A DNA stretch of 64,000 bases from Alphaproteobacteria bacterium SS10 (GTDB lineage: Bacteria > Pseudomonadota > Alphaproteobacteria > TMED2): assembly GCA_019192455.1 (NCBI GenBank), contig JAHCML010000008.1, positions 638 through 64,637 on the forward strand, read 5' to 3'. The notes under the pieces were generated by a model that saw only the letters and a list, made by a program, of their open reading frames with translations, did no database searches and had not been told where the DNA came from. Positions 38,917 through 49,560 of the stretch are shown piece after piece. Position 1 is the first letter of the stretch. Each line of letters starts with the position of its first letter. Both the position numbers and the translations under genes were made by a program.

Positions 38917-39594
38917 ATGAGCGATAGCCCCCTGTTTGCCGCCGTCGATGCCTATCTGGAAGAAACCTTCCTGGGTCAAGATTCCGTTCTGGATCAGGTG
39001 CTTGAGAGCAGCCAAGCTGCTGGCATGCCGGATATTCAGGTCTCTGCCCTGCAAGGGCGGTTTTTGATGCTGATGGCCCGTTTGACGGGGGCTGAGCGGA
39101 TCCTGGAGATCGGCACCCTGGCGGGGTACAGCACAATCTGGCTGGCTCGTGGGCTGAAGCCGGGGGGGCAGGTCACCACGCTGGAACTACGGCAAAACCA
39201 GGTTGAGCTGTCCGAAAAGCATTTCGAGATCGCCGGTGTCGTTGACCGCATCCGCTGTGTGCAGGGGGAGGCGGTGCGCACCCTGCCTCGCCTCGCCGAC
39301 GAGCCGCCGTTTGATCTGATCTTTATTGATGCGGATAAGCCGAATTACCCCGCCTATCTCGATTGGTCGATTAAGTTGGCGCGCCCCGGTGCCCTGATCA
39401 TTACTGATAACGTGGTGCGGGCGGGCAATGTGCTCGACCCCGATGGGGCGCCCAATCAGATTGAGCAGGATAACGCCCATGCCGTGCGGGACTTTAACGC
39501 GCTACTGGCCAAGGATGATCGGGTTGAGGCGGTGGCCATGCAACAGATCGGCGCCAAGGGCCATGATGGCTTTGCCCTGGCCGTGGTGAAATAG
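38917..39594 (+). CDS. class I SAM-dependent O-methyltransferase (family 3, CCoAOMT-like)
   Basis: ILEIGTLAGYSTIWLA SAM motif I, DLIFIDADKPNY. Confidence 0.8.
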   Translation: MSDSPLFAAVDAYLEETFLGQDSVLDQVLESSQAAGMPDIQVSALQGRFLMLMARLTGAERILEIGTLAGYSTIWLARGLKPGGQVTTLELRQNQVELSEKHFEIAGVVDRIRCVQGEAVRTLPRLADEPPFDLIFIDADKPNYPAYLDWSIKLARPGALIITDNVVRAGNVLDPDGAPNQIEQDNAHAVRDFNALLAKDDRVEAVAMQQIGAKGHDGFALAVVK

Positions 39595-39615
39595 CGCTCA
39601 GATCGCGGTTACGCT

Positions 39616-40014
39616 TTAGTGCGGCGCCATTCCAAAGGCTGGGCCAGTTGCTTTGGGTCCAGTGGCCGCGGCGGTTTTGGCGGCCTTATCTTTACGCCAA
39701 CCATCGACGCCACCCTTGCGCAGCAGGGATTTGGCACCGGCATGGACCACATCATCCACCGCATCGGCGACATGATCCGCCCCTGGCATCTTACGCGCAT
39801 GCTTGGCGTATTTGAGGAGTTTGGCCGCATCCCCGGCAATGGGAACAACCCCAATACCGGTGAGGGCGGCATCAACAACGCGACCCTCAGTCAGCAATTT
39901 TCCGGCATGGATGACATCAATGGCGCCGGTGGGATCGGCGGTGCCAGCGGCGTCCAGCAGCATCTCCATGCCGCGGTCACCTGCGCTTTGTTCGGCTGCT
40001 CTTTTGCGTGCCAT
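39616..40014 (-). CDS. hypothetical protein
   Basis: 132-aa Ala/Lys-rich ORF; no recognisable domain. Confidence 0.35.
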   Translation of the reverse strand: MARKRAAEQSAGDRGMEMLLDAAGTADPTGAIDVIHAGKLLTEGRVVDAALTGIGVVPIAGDAAKLLKYAKHARKMPGADHVADAVDDVVHAGAKSLLRKGGVDGWRKDKAAKTAAATGPKATGPAFGMAPH

Positions 40015-40104
40015 CTCTCACAAAACCCCATCCATCTACATATTAGGGTGACCGAATAAGATGTGGGTGACCAGGAAAACTTTCCAGGCCTGATAGCTAG
40101 GAGT

Positions 40105-41187
40105 CTAACCATCCACCGCAAACGCCGCCCCTGTCCGGGTCTTGAGGAAGGCATCGAGTGGGATGTCTTCCTGGCGGAGGAAACCCTGCCCGCTCAAAGC
40201 GCCGTCGCGCACCATCTCGATAACCGCAACGACGGAGCTGGCGGTGGTCCAGGCGATGGCGGTGCTGCGTTTGCCCGCCATCTCGCGCGGTTTATAGGCG
40301 CGGACGAATTCATGGCGGCTTAGGGCACCGTTGATGGTGCCCTCGGCGGCGACATGGACATAGACCACATCGTCATCGACCGGTGGCTTGGCATTGACCA
40401 GAATTTCACCGGCCAGGTCTCGACGCTCACGCATCAGCAGCTCATGGAAGAAGAAGTTCATCAGCTGCACATGGCCTGGGAAGCGCATGGTCTTGTAATC
40501 GATATTGGCGACCTTGCCGTGATAGGTCTCACACATGGTGCCGAGGCCACCGGAGGTGGTGAAGGCCTCAAGCTCGGTGCCTTGGATGACGATCTTCTCA
40601 ATCCACTCCATGGCCGAGACCCATTTGCGCTCGCCCTCCTCGATTACCTCACAATCATTGAGGTATTCATTCACCACACCCTCGGGTGACCAGTTGAAGG
40701 AGTAGCCCATCAGCCCGCTTGGGTTCTGGGGCAGGGCGCCGACGCGCATCCGGCAGGACCGGCATTCGTCAAAGCGCTCAATCAGGCTCGCACCGACAAT
40801 ACCAACAAAGCCGGGCGCCAGGCCGCATTGGGGCGCCATCAGGCCCTTGGCCGTGCCAGATAGCTCAATGATGGATTGGGTGGTGGGGACGTCCTCAGTG
40901 AGGTCGAAATAGTGGATGCCAGCCGCATGTGCAGCGGCGGCAATCGCCTTATTCAGCTGATAAGGCATGCAGGACAGTACGGTATCGAAGGCGCCAAACT
41001 CGGCCTTCAAAACGGCTGGGTCACTAAGGTCCACCGCCTTAACCGGGAAGGGGAAGTCGCGCCCGCCCGCCTGCTTGTCAAAACCGGTAACCTCAAACCC
41101 ACCATCGGCCAGCAACGCAGCGGCCAAATGGCCAACCTTACCCAGCCCCAACACAGCAATCTTATTCACGGCAGTTATCGATCCCAA
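40105..41187 (-). CDS. saccharopine dehydrogenase-family NAD-binding protein
   Basis: KIAVLGLGKVGHLAA Rossmann start (track start TTG 41187; GTG at 41169 gives MNKIAVLG); Sacchrp_dh-like core. Confidence 0.7.
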   Translation of the reverse strand: MGSITAVNKIAVLGLGKVGHLAAALLADGGFEVTGFDKQAGGRDFPFPVKAVDLSDPAVLKAEFGAFDTVLSCMPYQLNKAIAAAAHAAGIHYFDLTEDVPTTQSIIELSGTAKGLMAPQCGLAPGFVGIVGASLIERFDECRSCRMRVGALPQNPSGLMGYSFNWSPEGVVNEYLNDCEVIEEGERKWVSAMEWIEKIVIQGTELEAFTTSGGLGTMCETYHGKVANIDYKTMRFPGHVQLMNFFFHELLMRERRDLAGEILVNAKPPVDDDVVYVHVAAEGTINGALSRHEFVRAYKPREMAGKRSTAIAWTTASSVVAVIEMVRDGALSGQGFLRQEDIPLDAFLKTRTGAAFAVDG

Positions 41188-41257
41188 GCTTCAGACAAAA
41201 CAAAACGCCGGTCGGGCATAGCAACCGGCGTTTCGCTTGGGAAGGGTGTTGACCGAT

Positions 41258-42703
41258 TTACTCAGCAGCTTGGCTCGGTGTGAGGCTTTCTAGGGCGCCA
41301 TCGAGATCGCGGATATCGGTCAGGCGACCGGTGACAGCGGCGGCGGCGGCCATGGCTGGGCTCATCAAATGGGTACGTCCACCACGGCCCTGACGGCCCT
41401 CAAAATTACGGTTTGAGGTCGACGCGCAACGCTCACCAGGCTCCAGCTTGTCGGCGTTCATGGCGAGGCACATGGAACAGCCAGGCTCACGCCAGTCAAA
41501 GCCAGCCTCGATCAGGATATTGTGCAGGCCCTCTTTCTCGGCCTGCTCTTTCACCAGGCCGGAACCCGGCACCACCATGGCATAGACGCTATCGGCAACC
41601 TTACGGCCACGGGCGACGGCGGCGACGGCGCGCAGGTCTTCAATCCGGCCATTGGTGCAGGAGCCGATGAATACCTTATCGACCGGCACATCAGTCAGCT
41701 TGGTACCGGCGGTCAGGCCCATATAGTCGAGGGAACGCTTAACCGCATCGCGGCGGCCCGGATCATCATAGGCCTCTGGGTCCGGCACATGCTCGGTAAT
41801 CGGGGCGGTATCCTGTGGGCTGGTGCCCCAGGTGATGGTCGGCGTGATGTCTTCTGCCTTCAGCACCACCTCTTTGTCATAGGTAGCGCCCTCATCAGAT
41901 GGCAGGGAGGACCAGAACTCGACCGCCTTTTCCCAATGCTCATCCGATGGCGCCATGGGGCGGCCCTTCAGATAGGCGAAGGTGGTCTCATCCGGTGCGA
42001 TCAGGCCAGCGCGGGCGCCGCCCTCAATCGACATGTTGCACATGGTCATGCGGCCTTCCATGGACAGGTTCCGCACGGCCTCACCAGCGTATTCGATCAC
42101 ATGGCCGGTGCCGCCGGCGGTGCCGATCTCACCAATGATCGCGAGGATCATGTCCTTGGCGGTGACGCCGAGCGGTAGCTCACCATCCACGGTGATCCGC
42201 ATATTCTTCGACTTCTTCATCAGCAGGGTCTGGGTGGCCAGGGTGTGCTCAACCTCAGAGGTGCCAATGCCGAACGCCAGGGCGCCAAACGCGCCATGGG
42301 TGGAGGTGTGGCTGTCGCCGCAGACGATGGTCATGCCGGGCTGGGTCATGCCCTGCTCTGGCCCAATGATATGGACGATGCCCTGGCGCTTATCGTTGAT
42401 GCCGAAATACTGGATGCCGAACTCTTGGGTGTTCTTCTCCAGCGTCTCAACCTGCAGGCGGCTTTCAGGGTCGCTGATGCCCTGGGCCCGGTTTTCTGTC
42501 GGCACGTTGTGGTCAACCACGGCCAGGGTGGCGTCGGGGCGGCGCACTTTGCGGCCGGTCATGCGCAGACCTTCAAAGGCCTGCGGGCTGGTCACCTCAT
42601 GCACGAGATGGCGGTCGATATAGAGCACGGTGGTGCCGTCCTCTTGCTCGTTCACCACGTGGTGGTCCCAGATTTTCTCGTACAGTGTGCGGGGTGCGCC
42701 CAT
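41258..42703 (-). CDS. leuC: 3-isopropylmalate dehydratase large subunit
   Basis: [12 protein letters not shown]..., aconitase-family Cys ligands (GSCTNGR), [10 protein letters not shown]. Confidence 0.95.
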   Translation of the reverse strand: MGAPRTLYEKIWDHHVVNEQEDGTTVLYIDRHLVHEVTSPQAFEGLRMTGRKVRRPDATLAVVDHNVPTENRAQGISDPESRLQVETLEKNTQEFGIQYFGINDKRQGIVHIIGPEQGMTQPGMTIVCGDSHTSTHGAFGALAFGIGTSEVEHTLATQTLLMKKSKNMRITVDGELPLGVTAKDMILAIIGEIGTAGGTGHVIEYAGEAVRNLSMEGRMTMCNMSIEGGARAGLIAPDETTFAYLKGRPMAPSDEHWEKAVEFWSSLPSDEGATYDKEVVLKAEDITPTITWGTSPQDTAPITEHVPDPEAYDDPGRRDAVKRSLDYMGLTAGTKLTDVPVDKVFIGSCTNGRIEDLRAVAAVARGRKVADSVYAMVVPGSGLVKEQAEKEGLHNILIEAGFDWREPGCSMCLAMNADKLEPGERCASTSNRNFEGRQGRGGRTHLMSPAMAAAAAVTGRLTDIRDLDGALESLTPSQAAE

Positions 42704-42880
42704 GGTCGTCAGCCTTGCCGTTAGCCGTTATGCGTCAGTGTTTAGATGGGGAGGTTTTAAATCATCTGCGAGGCCGGTCTTGCAAGTCTTTGCGGGGCTG
42801 CACTGCCCGCATAGCGGCTTGTTTTGATGCCGCACTGCCTTCATATTCTGTTCAGACAGAAATAAGCGAATGGTCTGACC

Positions 42881-43396
42881 ATGACACCGGCGGTTGAGCG
42901 TTTTGTTTTGCATTGGGGTGAGATGGGCTCCCGCTGGGGTGTTAACCGCTCAGTGGCGCAAATCCACGCCTACATGTTTGTGGCTACATCACCGGTGAGT
43001 GCCGAGGATATTGCCCGGGACCTAAATCTCGCCCGCTCCAACGTTAGTAACAGCGTCAAAGAGTTACTGAGCTACCAGTTGATCCGCCAGACACCGGTTA
43101 AGGGTGATCGTCGTGACTTCTTTGAGGCTGAGACGGACCCATGGCAGGTGATGATGCGCCTCTCAGAGGCACGTAAGCAGAAGGAGATCGACCCGGCCAT
43201 TGCGATGCTGGACCAAGCCTTGCGTGAGATTAAAGAAGAGGGGAAGGCAGATCCGGCGGTGATCAAACGCCTGGAAGGCCTGGACGCTCTGCTCGGCCAG
43301 ATGGCCGGTTGGTACGATCAGGTGAAGCGCTTACCTCAAGGGGTGCTAAAGGCCCTGGTAAAGCTTGGTGGTAAAGTTGGCGGGCTAGTGAAGTGA
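42881..43396 (+). CDS. MarR/GbsR-type winged-helix transcriptional regulator
   Basis: VAQIHAYMFVATSPVSAEDIARDLNLARSNVSNSVKELLSYQLIRQ wHTH. Confidence 0.6.
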   Translation: MTPAVERFVLHWGEMGSRWGVNRSVAQIHAYMFVATSPVSAEDIARDLNLARSNVSNSVKELLSYQLIRQTPVKGDRRDFFEAETDPWQVMMRLSEARKQKEIDPAIAMLDQALREIKEEGKADPAVIKRLEGLDALLGQMAGWYDQVKRLPQGVLKALVKLGGKVGGLVK

Positions 43397-43431
43397 CATA
43401 AGTTCGAGCGCTGGGTTGTGCGCAGAAAAAA

Positions 43432-43462
43432 GGGCTGCGCCCGGTTGGGTGCAGCCCTTTTC
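43432..43462. terminator. bidirectional intrinsic terminator between convergent genes
   Basis: AAAAAA GGGCTGCGCC cggttg GGTGCAGCCC TTTTCAAA: GC stem flanked by an A-run on one side and a T-run on the other. Confidence 0.55.
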
Positions 43463-43484
43463 AAATTCGAATGACGCTGTGCGT

Positions 43485-43901
43485 CTAGCCTTCGGCTTGT
43501 GCCTTAGCTTGTTTTTTGCTGACGCGTGGCTCGATGCCGTGGCCGGTAACACGCTCGGCAATACGAGCGGACTTACCGCGACGGGTGCGCAGGTAGTACA
43601 GCTTGGCGCGGCGGACATCACCACGACGGATCAGCTCAATGCTGTCAATCCGTGGGGAGTAGAGCGGGAACACACGCTCAACGCCTTCGCCATAGGAGAT
43701 TTTGCGGACGGTGAAGGAAGCGTTCACGCCTTCGCCTTTTTTGGCGATGCAGACACCTTCATAAGCCTGGACACGCTCACGGGTGCCCTCGACAACCTTC
43801 ACATTGACCTTAACGGTGTCGCCTGGATCGAAATCCGGGATCTGGCGCTCGGCCGTTAGGCGCTCAACTTCAGCTTTTTCAATCTTTTGAATGACGTTCA
43901 T
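43485..43901 (-). CDS. rplS: 50S ribosomal protein L19
   Basis: [15 protein letters not shown]...; start at ATG 43901 (the track ORF extends to upstream GTG 43931). Confidence 0.9.
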   Translation of the reverse strand: MNVIQKIEKAEVERLTAERQIPDFDPGDTVKVNVKVVEGTRERVQAYEGVCIAKKGEGVNASFTVRKISYGEGVERVFPLYSPRIDSIELIRRGDVRRAKLYYLRTRRGKSARIAERVTGHGIEPRVSKKQAKAQAEG

Positions 43902-43963
43902 CGTTTCATCCTTCCAAACCGACGGCCTCACGCCGTTGGTTCAATTCAAGGGTCGCCTGACCC

Positions 43964-44707
43964 TTATTCCGTGTCTGTGCCGCGATAAACCGACCAAAGG
44001 TCAGGCCGCCGCTGGCGGGTTATAGCCTCGGCCTCGGAAAGACGCCAGCGCTTCACAGCACCATGATCGCCCGAGGTGAGCACCGGTGGTACCGGATGCT
44101 CGGTTCCCTGCCGGTCGGTCCAAACCGCTGGCCGGGTATAATGCGGGTATTCAAGCAACCCGCCGGTAAAACTCTCTTCGCCATGGGTCTCGGCATTGCC
44201 GATCACCGCTGGCAGTAAGCGCACCACCGTGTCGATCAGGACTTGGGCCGCAATCTCGCCGCCTGAGACGATATAGTCGCCGATCGATACTTCTTCCACG
44301 GCATTGGCGTCGAGGACCCGTTGGTCCAGCCCCTCATACCGGCCGCAGATAATGGTGCAACCCTCGCCATCCGCCAATTCACGCGCCAAAGGCTGGTCGA
44401 GCAATCGACCGCGGGGCGACATATAAATCAGCCGATGATGTGGGCCACTTTCCGCGATCGCCCGGTCCACCACATCGGGTTTCAACACCATACCTGCGCC
44501 ACCCCCATAGGGCGTGTCGTCCACGGTACCGTGCCGGTCGGTCGCGAAGCTGCGGATATCTACAGTTTCCAAGCCCCAACGTCCAGCCTTAAGTGCTTTC
44601 CCTGCAAGGGAATGTCCCAACGTGGCCGGAAACATCTCCGGGAACAGGGTCAGGCAAGTGACTTGCCAGGGTTTCTGGGCTTGATCTCGTGCGTGATCGT
44701 CGCTCAT
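43964..44707 (-). CDS. trmD: tRNA (guanine37-N1)-methyltransferase
   Basis: LTLFPEMF...[12 protein letters not shown]...[11 protein letters not shown]. Confidence 0.95.
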   Translation of the reverse strand: MSDDHARDQAQKPWQVTCLTLFPEMFPATLGHSLAGKALKAGRWGLETVDIRSFATDRHGTVDDTPYGGGAGMVLKPDVVDRAIAESGPHHRLIYMSPRGRLLDQPLARELADGEGCTIICGRYEGLDQRVLDANAVEEVSIGDYIVSGGEIAAQVLIDTVVRLLPAVIGNAETHGEESFTGGLLEYPHYTRPAVWTDRQGTEHPVPPVLTSGDHGAVKRWRLSEAEAITRQRRPDLWSVYRGTDTE

Positions 44708-45249
44708 GCCGCCCCCTCATCATCCAGATAGCCTGGTGGTACCTCGACGGTTAGGTGGCCGGCGGCTTTATCGATCTCTGGAACCACTGCCTCGGTAAAG
44801 GGCAGCATCACCGGCTGCTTCACCCCGTTGAACGCGATTTCGATTAACGGGCCAGCACCAAAATCTTCAAACGCCACCACTTTGCCCAGGGTTTTGCCCT
44901 TGGCATCGCGCGCCGTCAGGCCAACCAGATCGGTGGCATAGAACTCACCATCATCGAGGTCTGGCCTGGCATCGGCCTGGACATAGAAGTCGGTGCCTTT
45001 GAGGGCGGCGGCGGTTTCCCGGTCCTCAATCCCCTCAAGGCTGGCGACCCAATGTCCCTTCTGCGCATGGCCGAGCGCAATGGCCCATTCCGTGCCCTCA
45101 GCATCGGTAATGGGACCAAACGCATGCAACTCGCCCGCATCCTCCAGAAAAAGTTTGAGGCGCACAGCGCCTTTAACGCCGTGCACCCCAACAATTTTGG
45201 CGATCCGCAAGCGACCATCGGCGAGACGGTCAGGGTCTTGGGTCGACAT
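44704..45249 (-). CDS. rimM: 16S rRNA processing protein RimM
   Basis: [21 protein letters not shown]; 4-nt overlap with trmD. Confidence 0.9.
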   Translation of the reverse strand: MSTQDPDRLADGRLRIAKIVGVHGVKGAVRLKLFLEDAGELHAFGPITDAEGTEWAIALGHAQKGHWVASLEGIEDRETAAALKGTDFYVQADARPDLDDGEFYATDLVGLTARDAKGKTLGKVVAFEDFGAGPLIEIAFNGVKQPVMLPFTEAVVPEIDKAAGHLTVEVPPGYLDDEGAA

Positions 45250-45270
45250 GTTTGATTAAAGGGAAGTGCC

Positions 45271-45798
45271 TTAAGAGGCCTTCTCTTCCTCTTTAGCTTC
45301 TTCTTCAGCAGGTGCCTCTTCAGCAGCAGCTTCTTCAGCTGGAGCCTCTTCAGCGGCAGCCTCTTCGGCTGGTGCTTCCTCTGCAGGCGCTTCTTCAGCT
45401 GGTGCAGCTTCAGCGGCAGCGGCCTCAGCAGCAGCCTCTTCAGCGGCTTCCTTAGCGGCAGCTTCCTTCTCAGCCTTCTCTTTCATGCGCTCCTGGGCTT
45501 TCGCTTTCGGGGCAGACTTCTTCGGCTGCTCACGAATTTCAGGGGCTTCGGTCAGGCCGAGCTTGGAGAAGATTTTCTGCAGACGCTCAGTTGGCTTGGC
45601 GCCAGTGCCGAGCCAGTGTTTCGCGCGCTCTTCGTTCAGAACAAGTTTCTGGTCGTGGTCATCGGCCAGCAGTGGATTGAAGGTGCCCAGTTTCTCAATG
45701 AACTTGCCGTCGCGTGGGGCGCGAACATCGGCAACGACGATTGAGTAGAATGGGCGCTTCTTGGTGCCACCACGTGCCAAACGGATTTTAGTAGCCAT
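45271..45798 (-). CDS. rpsP: 30S ribosomal protein S16 with ~90-aa Ala/Glu/Pro/Lys-rich C-terminal extension
   Basis: [24 protein letters not shown] core (~85 aa), then [41 protein letters not shown]... Confidence 0.9.
   Translation of the reverse strand: MATKIRLARGGTKKRPFYSIVVADVRAPRDGKFIEKLGTFNPLLADDHDQKLVLNEERAKHWLGTGAKPTERLQKIFSKLGLTEAPEIREQPKKSAPKAKAQERMKEKAEKEAAAKEAAEEAAAEAAAAEAAPAEEAPAEEAPAEEAAAEEAPAEEAAAEEAPAEEEAKEEEKAS
45283..45450. repeat. 15-nt-period tandem coding repeats ([10 protein letters not shown] units) inside the rpsP 3' extension
   Basis: cttcttcagc(a/t)gg(a/t)gcctcttcagc(a/g)gcagc units visible on the + strand. Confidence 0.6.
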
Positions 45799-46279
45799 GG
45801 ATCTCGGATCCTCGTGTCAAACGTTGTTAGGTCGGTTGTCATGTCTGGATATCGGCTGGGGGCGCGGTGTTGATGAGCCATCGCGCTTGGCTGACATCCA
45901 AGTTTGGCCACCTCGCTCCAGAGGACTGACGACACGTTAAACACCGGTTGTGTCGCGCAGGGGGTCAGCGGCTAAATTGGGTTATTCCTATAAGGATGCG
46001 GGGTTTAATCATGCCGGGCCCTGGAAAGCAAGTTTCCCCGTGTATTAGCAAAGCTTGCGGGCCCTGATGCCAGTCATGCGATTCCGGAATATCAGACTCG
46101 TCAACTTGGCTTCCTATCTTTGATCGGCACTTTCAACTCGCGCGCGTATCTAGCGGGACAGTCGCGCGGGTGAAAGCGATCTCCCCCGCTCCGTGCGCCT
46201 GAGAGTTTTTTCGAAATTGAACAACGTCGCATCGACGTAACCGTGGCCCCGGCCCGGAACAGTCGAGTTCAAGCAGCCC

Positions 46280-47299
46280 ATGGCAGTGACAGCTGATCGA
46301 TCCCGCGCCAAGGACCGTCCGACCGAGACGGCGCCCTTCTCTGCGCGCGCGCTGGATGGCGTTGACACCGTGGTCATTGACCTCGGTGATACATTGATCC
46401 CGCTAGGTCAGGCGCGAAACACCGCGACGAAGATTTATTATGATGCGCTGGCGCGAGAGTCTGGCCTTGATAAGGTCACGCTCGCCGATGGCCTGCGTCA
46501 TCCGCGGAATCAGGAATTGCTGGCCCTGCCTTTCGGTCTGAACAGCCATCCCGGCCTTACCGCCGCTTTCCCGGATCAGGATTTGGTGCAGAAGTTTGCG
46601 CCGCTTGGCCTTCAGATGCGCCGGACCTTTGGCGATCTGGTCGCCGCTGATCGGCCAACCGTTGCCTTCCTTGAGCGGTTGAAAGAGCAGGGGCGCAAAG
46701 TTGTGGTGATGACCGCCCTGCCGGAATCTGCCGCGCGCTATGCCTTGCGTGAGAGCGGTTTAACCAATCTGGTCCACCACACCTATCCCGGTCAGGATAT
46801 TGAGCAGGAGGCACCGGGTGGTGCCAATTCCCGCCGCTTGAACCAGGTACTGGGTGGTGGGACCGAGGCCCCAATGACCGCCATTCCGGCTGGCCTTAAT
46901 ATGCGTGAGAAGCTGCAATTCGTGATGGCGGCCGAGGGTGCGAAGGCGGACAGCTCGCTTCGTATTGCCGATCACGTTCGCCGCGATCTTGGGCCCGCTA
47001 AGTCCCTGGGCCTCCGCACCGCGCATATTACGGCGCATTGGGGCGCTAGTGATGCTGATCTAGCGCGTGAGATGCATCGCCTCCGCCGTGGCTCTGGCCA
47101 GGTTGAGCCGCTGCAGATCCTGCCGATGACCCCACGCTATGAGCCAAGCGCTGGCGATATGGTGCCGGATTTTGAGATCAAGAAGACGACGCAGCTCGCC
47201 GCAGCCGTGAGTCCCACACAGGCGCCCGGCAAATCAACAGCCGCCGCCGCCCAGGCGCCGGCACCAAGGCGGATCGCGCAGCCGGTTGGCGCGCTCTAA
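46280..47299 (+). CDS. HAD-superfamily hydrolase-like protein
   Basis: VVIDLGDTLIP (DxD motif I), VVVMTAL (motif II-like), C-terminal Ala/Pro-rich tail. Confidence 0.5.
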   Translation: MAVTADRSRAKDRPTETAPFSARALDGVDTVVIDLGDTLIPLGQARNTATKIYYDALARESGLDKVTLADGLRHPRNQELLALPFGLNSHPGLTAAFPDQDLVQKFAPLGLQMRRTFGDLVAADRPTVAFLERLKEQGRKVVVMTALPESAARYALRESGLTNLVHHTYPGQDIEQEAPGGANSRRLNQVLGGGTEAPMTAIPAGLNMREKLQFVMAAEGAKADSSLRIADHVRRDLGPAKSLGLRTAHITAHWGASDADLAREMHRLRRGSGQVEPLQILPMTPRYEPSAGDMVPDFEIKKTTQLAAAVSPTQAPGKSTAAAAQAPAPRRIAQPVGAL

Positions 47300-47302
47300 C
47301 CT

Positions 47303-48415
47303 TTAAACCGTGTAGAGATGATTGATCAGGGCCGCGACGACCACGGTTTGCGGCACTGAGATAATGGGTAGGGCAAAGGCCAAAACCCAACGGCCCGTCG
47401 TCTCGCGCAGGCTCATAATCTCAGTATAGTCTGTTGCCACCCCAGCCATCAGGAAGGTGAAGCCATTACCCGGTGCCCCGGCCCGGTTGATAATATCGGC
47501 GGCAATTGGCGCCGAGCCTTCTGAACAGACCTCGACAATTGTCGCGACGATCACGGTTAGGAACAGCCCCATTAGGCCGGGCCCAAACCATTCTGCGAAG
47601 ACATCCGCGGGCACAAAGGCACGGATTAGGCTGGCCAAGACCACGCCGAATAAGATCCAGCGCATGACGATGCGGCCACCACGAAAACCATCTTTGATGA
47701 CATTGATTGTACCCTGGCCACTCGGCTTAAGCCCCGCCATCCATTCTTTAACCCCGGACATCAGGCTGTGATCGCCAATCTCGACCCCCTCCCGGTTGGG
47801 ATTGTCCGGCAGCTTACCCCGGGCGACCAGGCCGTCTGCGATTAGCCCGGTGATCATGCCGATAATGGCGGACAGGATGACGAAGGCTAGGGTCCATTCC
47901 CAGCCGATCAGCGCAATCAGGATGATGGTCAGGGAAATAGAGTTCCAAGGGCTCGCCAGTAGGAAGGCCAAGGTCTGGCCGATGGTGGCGCCACGCTCAT
48001 AAAGCTTCATCCCCACCATCAGGATGCCGTGACTGCATAAGTCAAACAGCACACCGGCGGCGGTGGCCTTGGCGATGCCGGTCGCCGGGCGATTACCGCT
48101 CATCGCCTTCATGACGAGCTCTTTCGGCATCCGGTCCATTAAGCCAACAAAGATGATGCCGAGCAGGAGGCCCCACCACAGGGTGTTCATCAACTCAAAC
48201 ACGCCATGGGCGTAGTGATGTAGGGCGCCGTGACTGTGTTCCGGGCTTAGCAGGAAGGTGATGTAGCCGGCGACAACCAGCACCGCACTGCCCCAAAGCA
48301 TCCAATCGAACGCACGCACCCGTTGCCATAGCGTCGGCGGCCCCGCAGCCTTTTTGGGGCAACAGCCGCCACTTCGGGAAACCCCTTCTGGCGATATGGA
48401 GGTGTCAGCACTCAT
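47303..48415 (-). CDS. predicted permease (COG0701/UPF0718-like multi-TM protein)
   Basis: ~10 TM helices, N-terminal GGCCP Cys cluster. Confidence 0.55.
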   Translation of the reverse strand: MSADTSISPEGVSRSGGCCPKKAAGPPTLWQRVRAFDWMLWGSAVLVVAGYITFLLSPEHSHGALHHYAHGVFELMNTLWWGLLLGIIFVGLMDRMPKELVMKAMSGNRPATGIAKATAAGVLFDLCSHGILMVGMKLYERGATIGQTLAFLLASPWNSISLTIILIALIGWEWTLAFVILSAIIGMITGLIADGLVARGKLPDNPNREGVEIGDHSLMSGVKEWMAGLKPSGQGTINVIKDGFRGGRIVMRWILFGVVLASLIRAFVPADVFAEWFGPGLMGLFLTVIVATIVEVCSEGSAPIAADIINRAGAPGNGFTFLMAGVATDYTEIMSLRETTGRWVLAFALPIISVPQTVVVAALINHLYTV

Positions 48416-48504
48416 GGATCAGAATATAGGTGTTGTGGCTCTGTTATGTAATGACACCGCTCGTCGCTGCGCGGTGTCAGGCTGTTTTGTGGGTTGTTTG
48501 TGCC

Positions 48505-49452
48505 ATGACTGGATTAATCGCGCTACTCGACGATGTGGCGACGCTGGCCAAGTTGGCGGCGACCCAGGTTGATGATATCGCGGCCAAGGCGGCGAAGGTC
48601 AGCACCAAAGCCATCGGCGTCGTGGTCGATGATGCCGCCGTCACACCGAAATACGTTCAGGGCCTGCCCGCAGCACGCGAGTTACCAATTGTCCTGAAGA
48701 TTGCCCGGGGCTCGCTGTTTAACAAGCTGGTTATCCTGCTGCCAGCGGCTCTGCTGCTTAGTGTCTTTGCACCCTGGATCCTGACGCCGCTGCTGATGCT
48801 GGGTGGCTGTTACCTCTGTTTTGAGGGGGCAGAGAAGGTGCTGCATGTCTTCTTCCCCCAAACCGATCACCACGAGAAGCCCACCAGCCTTGATGCTGCG
48901 CATCTGGAGGAGGATCGGGTTAAAAGCGCGATCAAAACCGACTTTATCCTGTCCGCTGAGATCATGGTGATTGCCCTCGCCGCGATTGAGGCGGATAGCC
49001 TTTGGATGCAGGGGATCATCCTCGCCGTGGTCGCGGTGGGTATCACCGCCCTGGTCTATGGCAGCGTAATCATCCTGATTAAGGCCGACGATGTGGGCCT
49101 AAAGCTCGCCCAAACCGGCATTCTGAGCTTCAGCCGCGCTTTTGGTCGTGGATTGGTCAAGGCGATGCCCGGGGTCATGACGGTACTGGCCGGCATTGGT
49201 ACCGCCGCCATGCTCTGGGTTGGTGGTTCCATCTTCACCCATGGGTTGGAGGAGCTGGGTTATGGCCTCATCGGCCATACCATCCATGACCTCGCCCATG
49301 ATGCCGCCCATGCGATGCATGTGGCTGAAGGCTTCGTTACCTGGGCGGTAGGTGCCGCCCTAAACGGCGTATTCGGCCTGATCCTTGGGTCGCTGATTAT
49401 CCCGCTTGTTATGGCAGTTTCGGTACTCCGCAAGCGCCTGGTTGCAGATTAA
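48505..49452 (+). CDS. DUF808 (YedI-family) inner-membrane protein
   Basis: MTGLIALLDDVATLAKLAATQVDDIAAKAAKVS... canonical DUF808 N-terminus. Start moved to ATG 48505 inside track ORF 48430-49452. Confidence 0.7.
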   Translation: MTGLIALLDDVATLAKLAATQVDDIAAKAAKVSTKAIGVVVDDAAVTPKYVQGLPAARELPIVLKIARGSLFNKLVILLPAALLLSVFAPWILTPLLMLGGCYLCFEGAEKVLHVFFPQTDHHEKPTSLDAAHLEEDRVKSAIKTDFILSAEIMVIALAAIEADSLWMQGIILAVVAVGITALVYGSVIILIKADDVGLKLAQTGILSFSRAFGRGLVKAMPGVMTVLAGIGTAAMLWVGGSIFTHGLEELGYGLIGHTIHDLAHDAAHAMHVAEGFVTWAVGAALNGVFGLILGSLIIPLVMAVSVLRKRLVAD

Positions 49453-49560
49453 GTCTGTGGCATACGAATTTAGGAAAAATTGCGAAATCAACTAGTTAAT
49501 TGGCGCAGGATGGGTCAGTCTGCGGTTATTGGGGAGTTAACTACAACTTAAGGCTGTGCC

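Noticed and set aside
45799-46279. Possible ncRNA/riboswitch in the 480-bp rpsP upstream region (also the 330-bp rhlE leader at 36790-37120)
   Set aside because: I could not recognise any known RNA family signature (no tRNA T-loop GGTTCGA-type motif, no SRP/tmRNA/RNase P features) by eye. Left as leader/promoter DNA pending covariance-model search.
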